Shown: one piece after another, positions 55,439 to 64,000 of the stretch
How positions within the stretch are numbered: position 1 is the stretch's first letter
How the letters are laid out: every line of letters begins with the position of its first letter
Assembly (NCBI GenBank): GCA_965285935.1
Contig: OZ260661.1
Span: forward strand, 93,248,001 to 93,312,000
DNA length: 64,000 nt
Reading direction: 5' to 3'
DNA from: Ophelia neglecta
Taxonomy: Eukaryota
Made by a program: the position numbers and the translations under genes
The notes under the pieces: model-generated
Told to the model about the DNA's origin: nothing
Databases searched by the model: none
The model's input: the letters and a program-made list of their open reading frames with translations, nothing else

Positions 55439-55763
55439 TTAGATGTTTTCCTGCTTTTCTGTTTTAAATGTAACTTTGATGGGTGGAAGTTTGGTGGTTT
55501 TATTGCCGTCTGCCTGGTATCTCTCCAGTCGAGAGCCCATTAGGACTGCAGCAGACGGTGGGCCAGAAGTCACTGTCGTCTGCCGACAGTGCATGCCCAA
55601 AGATGTCGTGTTGCAAGCACAGTAACAACAGTTTGCCATTGGATTATGTCCGCTTGCATACCCGGTGCTGTCAAACATGATATATGTACCCATCGGCCAT
55701 GTGCGGGCTGCAGGCCTCCATACAGGGCTGCTACTATCCTTTGGACAATAGGACTGTCTGGGC
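55439..55763 (-). CDS. Candidate terminal coding exon of an unknown gene nested antisense in the prickle intron (PRQSYCPKDSSSPVWRP...KTTKLPPIKVTFKTEKQENI*)
   Basis: Minus-strand acceptor tgtatgttttcattctgcag|, 1 nt + 107 sense codons + TAA, local GC/CpG enrichment, and AATAAA on the minus strand at 54862-54867. No upstream exon identified. Confidence 0.4.
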
Positions 55764-58597
55764 CTGCAGAATGAAAACATACACACCTTAAAATGTGGAT
55801 AGCAAGTGAGTTTCAATTGTAATGTGTGTGAAAAAGTTGAATTATTAGGGAATATTAATTTAAACAAAGTAATATTGATATTGCTATTCTGCAATATTTC
55901 CTTTGCAGAGTTGAATCAGAATTGCACCCTGAGTGTGTGAGAAGTCTCCATTAGAAACATTAAAATGTCATCTCCATATCTCTCATATTGTTGGTCCCAC
56001 CCAACATGGGAAACTTATCCAAATGGTACATTTTTATTAATCTTTACTAGTGCCAATGCCTGTTTTGGATATTTATTTCTGCTGCTGCCCACTTTAGAGT
56101 GATTGGTATTTCTGTGGTGGCCCTCCGTGGAGTGATGGTGTCTTCAAGGAGACCCTGGCAGTCTCTAGTCCCTCGGTGACCCCATCCCCATAATCATGGA
56201 AGACTGAACGAGCACCCACAATTTGTACAGTGTCATCCCTGCTACAACATACTGACAACCAATCTATTAACTTACTCCTCCACTCACTAAATAATGGCAA
56301 ATAATGGCAGCAAGCAGATCTTACTGACTTGGGAAAGACTGAGCAATGACTGAGATAGAGCACGCATTAGAAGATTGTTTAGGATGAGTTTTTTCCTACT
56401 ATTTATCAAGTGCAGTCATGTTTAAGCAAAATGAACAGATGGTTTGATTGTGGGGGGATCTTTACTAGATTTTCTTACATTACAGAATAATAAACAGGAA
56501 TGATTCTTCTTTGATATCGACTGTTTTTCTGTTGTTTTCTCTGTGAGCTTTGCTGTGAAAATTCCAACAAGCCAAAATGCTATACAGAGTGTTTATTATG
56601 GATACCATTTCCATACAGTTATTGAATTCTATAAGGCAGTGTTGTCATTTTGGGTATTGTATTCTGAAGACACTTGTTAGTGGAGGCCTGCGGTCTTTCT
56701 CTGTCTTTCTGCCGTCTGTCTGCGCCTTCTCGGCACATCTCTGTCCCAGACTGACTGCTGGCAATCTGGCCTCAAGATGAAAGTGTGCCAAGGTGACCTT
56801 CACCAATTGATACCTTATTAATATGGACATAAAACAAAAGACTTTGCCTTAGGGCAGGGATAACAATCAACTCTACATGCTAACCTAGCACTTGCCTTCT
56901 GGCTAAAGACCTACAAAACTCATCTATCAATGATGTATTGTTGGGATGTAAATTACTGGTGAGACTTCTGCTGCATATGTATACCTACAGTATATATATT
57001 GTCTCCTTATAAGAAGGTAGCTGGAGCGACATATTTGGTGCCAAGGGCCGGGAGGGAGTGTTTGGGGGGGGGGGGGGGGAGGGAGGGAGGGTTGGAGGCG
57101 TGGATGATATCAATCAGAATTAAGTCTTATTTGTCTTCAGCTGTATAAGTTGATTTATATTTCATAACTTTTTAGTTTAGCCTTGGTTTTAAATGGCTGC
57201 TATGTCTACTCCGTTTCACTGGTGTCAACGCTATTGATTGAGTACCTAAGACCGAGGCTGGGGGGAGGGGCAGGCATGATGGATGGTTTATAGATGGGCT
57301 GACAACTTCCCCTCTGGTCAGGGAAAAGGTGAACAACAAAATGCCCATTATTCTCAATTTATGTATGTAAATCCTGCTATTTTCTTGTATTTAAAGCTTT
57401 TTATTATACATAAATGATTTATTGTGAAATAAGCTAGGAGGAAAAACAACAGAATACATGTAGTTAACAATATGATAAGATCATCAGTGAGTCTCTAATG
57501 TTGTAATCTATTGGGCCTAGATATTCACTTTTTTCACCGGACTGATGGCTTGGGTAGGCTGGAGTAATAACCTGATCCCCCAGGAGTATGCTCCCTGTCT
57601 TGGTCTTGTCTTCAAGACACACTCCACACTGCATAATAAATCTACCATCAGTCATTGTTTTCCTCCCTATGCAATTCTATTCTAATAAATGTCCTGAGGG
57701 GGGAGGCTGGTAAAGGAAAAATTGGATGACCTTGTGGTAGGATTTCAAAAGGCCCCCACCCCTCCTGGGTAATCATTTTCTGTAGGGAATGCTGAGGAAA
57801 ATCACAGTTGATGAATAATCCACAGCTCTTCAATCATTTTTGTCTCCACCAAGCTGGTTTGTGTTGCTTTCAGCTGAAGATATGATCTGGCCCACCCAAG
57901 AGGGACTAGCGTTTTTCTCTCCGCCATTGTCGATCTATCTGAGGTTTTCCTCCTCATTCCTCCATAATAATGCACCGATAATGACCCGTCTCCCGCCAGT
58001 CGAGAATTTCCTCAGACTGTTGATGGCCGTTTGTTTGATTGTTTAATCATACCAAAATGTCCCTGTCAGGCATTATACCCTTCTGAGAGGCTTTAAATGC
58101 TGCCAAACCACAATAAAACTAGTGAAAAGGTGTTTAATATAAGCTGCAGCGAAAGCATTTAACTGTTTTCAGACGATAATTGAGGGGCAAATTCTTACTT
58201 TGTTCTCTCTCGGGTTTTTTTGCCGTAGATGTTATTAAGGTGAAGAAAAAGTGCAGGTTCAGACCTCAGAGTGTGATGGGACTAATGGCAAAACACATAC
58301 CAAGTGCAAAATGTTTTAAAAACAGTTTATGAAAGGAGCACTTAACAGTTTTGTCCTACCCAGTATGATACACACAACACAGCGTTAACTTTCCTGTCTC
58401 TGTTTTCTTAAGGTTCATAAAAAGTTCCCCGTAAAATCCAATATTATTGGATAAGATCTACCAGCTACTGCCCCCATAGTAACATTAATGTTAGCTGTTA
58501 ATTAGAAAAATTCTCATTGGTGCTGCCCACTGTCACCTATACAATCTCACATGTCTAGCCCTGTTAGTTGAAAAGACATAATACAACTCGGAGCCCC

Positions 58598-58690
58598 TGA
58601 AGTGGACCCCTCCTCTGCTTATTTAGCTCTCTTTGGCCCCTGGTCAGAGACGTCAACCCTTGGAGAGAGAGAGGGGGGGGGTCCACTTCA
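58598..58690. mobile_element. Short palindromic MITE-like element, copy C
   Basis: TGAAGTGGACCCC...GGGGTCCACTTCA perfect 13-bp inverted repeat, same terminus as copy A. Confidence 0.6.
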
Positions 58691-59683
58691 AGTGGCCCTG
58701 ATTAATATCCTCCCTCCCCAGTTTTCTGTAAATTAAAGGAATTTGTGAGTGGAAACAGTGAAGCAGGCAGCACCATTGAGAAGGGTTTTATTTGATAGAC
58801 CAGTGGTAGGAGAAATGTGTTGTTTTTGTGGGTGGGGGCATATTATATCACCTCAGATGGGAGTTGATAAATGAAATATTTCCTGCCTGTCCAGATATCG
58901 GGCGACTCTCCTGCTGGGTGGCCATTGTATGAGCAGATGAGGGGCACATCTCCCGGGTATTATGTAAACTTTCCAGTGAGTGGGAGTGTGTTGGTATCAA
59001 AGCCATCTTTGTCAGGGATCCACCTGACCCCTGCCTCTGACACTGTATCTCATTGACTGGCTAGTCATATTGATGAAATTCAAATTTTAACAATATCCTC
59101 CTCCTCACTCTGAGTAGCCACAAGATTGCCTCACTTATCTATGGCCAGTTCTGGGAGCAGACTCAGCACCCTCTCTCTGGCTAGAAAGCAGCAGATATTT
59201 ATATTTCTGGAAGATCCAAACAGTTCTTTGAGGAAGTTTTAAGATTTGCCAGGATAGTGAGATTATCAGCCATGGAAATGCATTGAGGAGGCTTGAGAAA
59301 TGCCCAAGAATCGTTTTCTATACGACTGTTTACAGTATGTTTAACTGTGGTATCATGATTTAAGATTTATTCATTCAGATGATGGTGGCCAAATTATTCT
59401 GTGTCACTCAGCAGCAATAAGTTTTTCAGCAGCAATAAGTTTTGAGAATTAGCAATTTCACAAGTACTTTCTGGAAATTGTATTAGTCTTGTATTTGTCT
59501 ATCATTTGTCTATCATGCTTTCCACAGGGAGATACTGAAAATTGGAATGTTTCAAACAATACATAGTGAATATAGAATTTCATTTCTGCAATCATTTAGA
59601 TTTGATTTAGAGGCTGTCATTTCGTGTTGTCACATAATTTATATCATGGCATTGTTATCACTGATTCTTCCTTTTGTTTCCAG

Positions 59684-59861
59684 AAAGATCTGTCGTAACT
59701 GTAAGTGTTCCCGTGAGTCACACGATGTGCCCACACCCGAGATGGATCGCAGCATGAATAAGTTGGTCCACGAGCTACAGAGGAACTCTACCTCGGATGA
59801 CGACAGTGGCTGTGCCCTGGAGGAGTACACCTGGGTACCTCCTGGACTCACCCCTGTACAG
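59684..59861 (+). CDS. prickle: Prickle-family exon 3, second half of the Cys/His module and start of the PET domain ([15 protein letters not shown]...[28 protein letters not shown])
   Basis: Acceptor ttcttccttttgtttccag| with phase-2 entry (AG|A = Arg, giving [11 protein letters not shown]); donor CAG|GTAAGT at 59862 (phase 0). [21 protein letters not shown] is a hallmark Prickle motif. Confidence 0.96.
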
Positions 59862-61874
59862 GTAAGTCACATATAACCTCTTACACCTTACACACCCCCA
59901 CTCCACCCCCTTTATAGGGAAATCAGAGAAAATAGTCTGCAACTCACTGAGGAGATCAGGTACATCTTTATACCCAGGTAGCCTGCTGAAAATCTTACAA
60001 TTGTTTATATTATATTGTTTGTCAAAAGATTTAAATAAAGCAAGAATCAGTGAAAACAAAGTTAAACAAAATTCATATTGCCACATGCTTTAACGATTGA
60101 TGTGCATTATCAGAAAAACAATCTGCATGTATTTGGGTGCAAAGTTATGATTGATTACCGAATGTTAGTTGATTTTCATCAATGCAAATCATATGGCTTA
60201 GACACAGCTTTTATCAGATATGACTCAACTATCCAGTGTCAGCCTCACTGAGTCAAATTGAAAAGAATGCAGAAAGTGGGGCTAACAAGATCACAGCAAA
60301 CGGCAACAATTATGATTTTAATGAATACCATTGAGAGGCCGGTGTAGTGGCTCGACTGGCTTGCCCGTCTTTTAAGGTCTTTTGTGTTGGTAGGAGACGG
60401 GGTCAGAGGTATAATAGGACAGGATTTCTAGGTCAGTTCAGGACAGGGCCAGACCTGACCGCCACTAGTTTTTGACTGACTGATGAAGTTGATCACATTA
60501 ATACATCTGATCCAGGCTGACCGCGGTTGTCAGGGTATCTTGCTAAGTGGAAACTTTTTAATCAGCTAAGATACACTGGGATTGTTAGTATTTTATTGTC
60601 AGCAACTCATTTCCATGTTCTCAAGTATTTAATCAATGACCACGACCAATATTGCAGTCTCCGGAAAGAAAATTAAATAATTCCATCCATTTCATTTGCA
60701 TACAACTTTTCAATTATGCCGCCATCGTCCGGTTTAATCACCAGAACGACACCCTTGTCGGAAGTCTCTAAAAGAGGAGGGGTGTTTAGGGAAGTGGCGT
60801 GCACGTTTTTGTTTCAAAGTTAAGGACACAATTACAGCGTTCTGGACGGCTGACATTCATCTCATAACTCCCGTGGAAATCCAACACATGTTTTAGGGTC
60901 AATTTCACTCTCTTTTATTCATAATCAGAGACCAAATGTGCCATAAAAGTCTGCTCCTTTGCATATTGAAGCTACCCCAGGGTGGATTCAGTACGGAAGC
61001 AATATTTAGATTAACTATCAGAAAAATACTGAAAGCAATATAGAGCGTAATAATTCCATTATGATAACACAATAAAATGCACAACACTCATAATCATTTT
61101 GGCAAAGTAGTGTGGCTATCATTATGCAGAAGAAGAATTAACCTTTTTCCTCTAATCAAATTACCAAATCTAATTTTATGTGAGCGGTTTACAGTCAGAG
61201 ATATTATGGATGCAAACATGCACTGCTTTGCCTTGAGGCTGGCTTGCAAGGCTGAGGCATCCTTATGCAGCCTTGTTTTGCCATTAGGCCAAAGCAGAAT
61301 AATGAGAAGCAATTTGCCGAAATGGGGCGGAATAAAGTAAATGGCACTCCAGAGAAATTATGATATTAGTCGAGTTAAAACTACGGCAAGCGGTGCAGAA
61401 ATAGCACCGGATAAATCTAGATAGGGATCACTTGTTTGCCGGAGAATGTAGAATATGCAATTATGCTTGAAGATTATTTTCTATTCACCTTGATCGGCCC
61501 AGAGGAGATGTTTTCATGGTGACAAAATACTGAAAATTGTCCATTTGTCACTTCATTTATGAGATTGCAGACGATTAAGTCCGCCTTGTAGATATTGTTG
61601 GCCTATGGTTAAATTAACATGGATTGGGTAGATTTCCATCTAACACAGCCTTCAGGTGTAATTTTATGATTTCTTTATTTCATCATTGCCGCTTAACTCG
61701 GCAGTTATTCCTTGATATATCATGCACTTTTGATGATTTGAATAAAAGTAACACCCTAAGGAAATTATGGCAGGTCCGAGTGTTCATTGATATTTCACAG
61801 TTAGTTATGATCAAACCTGATTTTTGAAGCTGTCTTAGGCCATTGTATCTCCTCTATAATTGGAACTTGACCTG

Positions 61875-62507
61875 ATGAGTAAGGATTGTGACAGTACAGA
61901 GGAGCAAACTGCAGGCAAAATGTTTGAGGAGGAGAAGAAAATCATGCACTTGAAAAACTTTAGGGTCTCAGTTGCTGTTAGGAGTCCCAGCCCACAAAGA
62001 AAGGCATTCCCTGCACGGGACAAACGTGAAAGGGGTGGATCTCCAATCATATGGGTGGATGGAGTGGAAAAGGGATCCTCACCCGGCAAGGACCAAGCTA
62101 GCATTGATGGCCAAACCACCCAACTGGAGGTAGCTTGTGCAGACAAGACTAAGAACTTTAAGAGCTGCCCTGATCTGCGTCCACGTTGTCTGGGTTCAAG
62201 GCCAGACCCCATGTTGGTGAGTCTGAGGCCAGTGGATCTGGCTCCTGTACCCAATAAGAGAGCCATCAAATCCAAGTCCTTGGAACGCAGCTTTAAATCC
62301 AGAGATCTTACTCAAGCAATAGAATCTGTGTTTGATACAAAGGAGGCAAGGTCTGATGAAGACTCGCTGCTTGGTTCACGAGATACCAGGGTGACACCTA
62401 ACAAGCCTAGCCTTCCACTTCATCCACTGAACAAGCGACTGCCAAGGTTCTCTATAGATAAATACTGTGTGAAAAAGCTGACTTTGTACCGACTCTCTAG
62501 GCTGCTG
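61875..62507 (+). CDS. Candidate alternative first coding exon of 211 codons (MSKDCDSTEEQ...KKLTLYRLSRLL), phase-0 donor
   Basis: Longest non-repeat ORF in the window, with protein-like charged, S/P-rich composition; in-frame TAA at 61857-61859; CTG|GTAAGT at 62508 in phase 0, the same phase as the exon-3 donor. The ORF reads as intron-like after the donor. Confidence 0.6.
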
Positions 62508-64000
62508 GTAAGTGATCATCATTATTGTCCTGCAATATCCAGTGCTGTCTGGGCAACTTTTATTGTATTGCCACAACATTGTTTCATCATGGTGAATGTT
62601 TTATGCAATTAAATCATTTGAAGAGAACATTTTATTGCTTAGCGTGTGAACGGAATATTTTGTTAGCTTGCTCTCTGATCTGGATTAGGGATAAAATGCT
62701 AATAAAATGTGGAAAAAGAGTGGTGGTCCATTATGATTTGATGTAGATAATAACCACAGCAGGCGGAATGTTAGAGCATAAAGTGGACAGGCACCATATG
62801 GGACAGCCATGTTCCATGGGACAATGGATATGGCCAGTATTTATGAAACTAAAAATGAGCATCAGGGTTTGTAATTAGACATTCCAGGCAAGGCGGCTGG
62901 CCTATCCCGTAAAATATAATGGACAGATATTATGACCCTGGTCTCCTGTGAGTATTTTCTCTAAATGCGAGGAAACCAATGGAAACACCTCTGAATGGCG
63001 ATTCCTGGTGTGGCAACAAATTAGAATTGCAAATAAAATTGCCGGTCTCCCGTGTCAATGGACAAAAGGCCTACTTGTGAAGTGGCGATCAGGATGGATC
63101 CCGAGAGAGTTAGTTTGCCACTCTTGTAATTAAACATCTCATCAGAGCGCGGCGACGCTCGCCACAACATCGCCTGGCTTCCTCACTGGTCAGATGCAGA
63201 CAATAGTTCCGCAGTCAATGATTGCCTGGCAGCCGTATGGAAATATACCAAGCATATTCCAAAGTCTGCTGGCTGCCTCAAGGGAGTCTAAACTCTCTCA
63301 TGCATATTTAAAGCTGCTTACAAATGATATTGCTGCTTGCATGTAGAAGAGGTAGAGATCTGAACTACGATCTGATCCTGTTCTCCGTCACAATTCTCCG
63401 CAGTGCCACCCGCTTTTCTGACGATAATTTCCTATCTCCTTGTATGATTTGCGTTTGCCTGTGATCCTTGGGTGTGGTGACCCTATGGATCCCCTCTCCT
63501 GATAGCTTTGTCCTTAACCAATCTGCCGACAATAGATATCTCTCAAACGACATGTCATGTTCATGTCTCCTGATACACAGACATTTTGGAGGCACCACTG
63601 GCTATAAATTAGGTGAAAGGCAAAGTCTTGTTAGTCAGAAATAAATATAAAAGATATCTCTTTATGCCAGAATCTCTTTGACTCTTCTTGTCAATGGTTC
63701 TATCTGAGTGCCTTTCAGTTCATTGGCCTAGCTAGCTATCACAGAGAACCTTGGTGGTTTGTGGGTACTACGGTTTTAAGAAGGTTTTTATGAATCTGTG
63801 TGTGAATCTCTGAGCCCAGTCCTGGAAGATAAATTTGAAATTTTAGTTATCTTGGAAATCAAGGCTTTCACTTGCAATAGATTTCTGCTGTCTGATCAGT
63901 GGTAGATTGACAGTCAATGTACATTGAGTATGATACACTCTCAGCAACTCAGGATAGCAGCAGTACCCAGACATCATCAGGGCCAGAGATAGTCAGACTG

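Larger units (their letters stand above)
5426..59683 (+). other. 54,258-nt phase-2 GT-AG intron of the prickle gene
   Basis: GTAAGA at 5426 and polypyrimidine-CAG ending at 59683; the flanking exons join into a continuous conserved motif. Confidence 0.88.

Noticed and set aside
56094-57655. Minus-strand ORFs (56094-56363, 56645-56830, 57464-57655) as upstream exons of the antisense candidate
   Set aside because: Each ends in its own stop or lacks a convincing donor in the required phase; the CGVCLED RING-like start is not followed by further ligands.
59701-59718. GTAAGT and GTGAGT hexamers inside exon 3
   Set aside because: Both are preceded by T or C instead of G and lie in the conserved CKCSRESH coding sequence; use would destroy the motif.
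5844-63598. Remaining 60-130-aa ORFs in the supplied track
   Set aside because: No recognisable domains (including transposase or reverse transcriptase), mostly non-ATG starts and no splice support; consistent with random intronic ORFs.

Overview
Eukaryotic (metazoan, probably invertebrate) genomic DNA, almost all intronic. The window holds the 5' part of a Prickle-family planar-cell-polarity gene (PET/LIM family, PRICKLE3-like N-terminal Cys/His module) on the + strand. Three exons splice in frame: 4108-4170, 5337-5425 and 59684-59861, giving [66 protein letters not shown]...[26 protein letters not shown] 54,258-nt intron splits the Cys/His module; the rest of PET and the LIM domains lie beyond the window. 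The main new observation is a set of candidate alternative first coding exons whose donors have the right phase to join the shared exons: an acidic one (40829-40923), a polybasic NLS-like one (47069-47172), weaker short ones, and a 211-codon exon after the first PET exon (61875-62507). Together they suggest multi-promoter switching of the N-terminus, reminiscent of the Drosophila pk/sple isoforms. The large intron also contains a candidate antisense terminal exon (55439-55763), a hairpin-bearing 39/30-bp minisatellite, an exact 252-bp tandem duplication inside an older diverged duplication, Tc1/mariner-type MITEs and a small palindromic repeat family. No prokaryotic-type systems, CRISPR arrays or RNA genes were seen. 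All gene models are manual and need RNA evidence.
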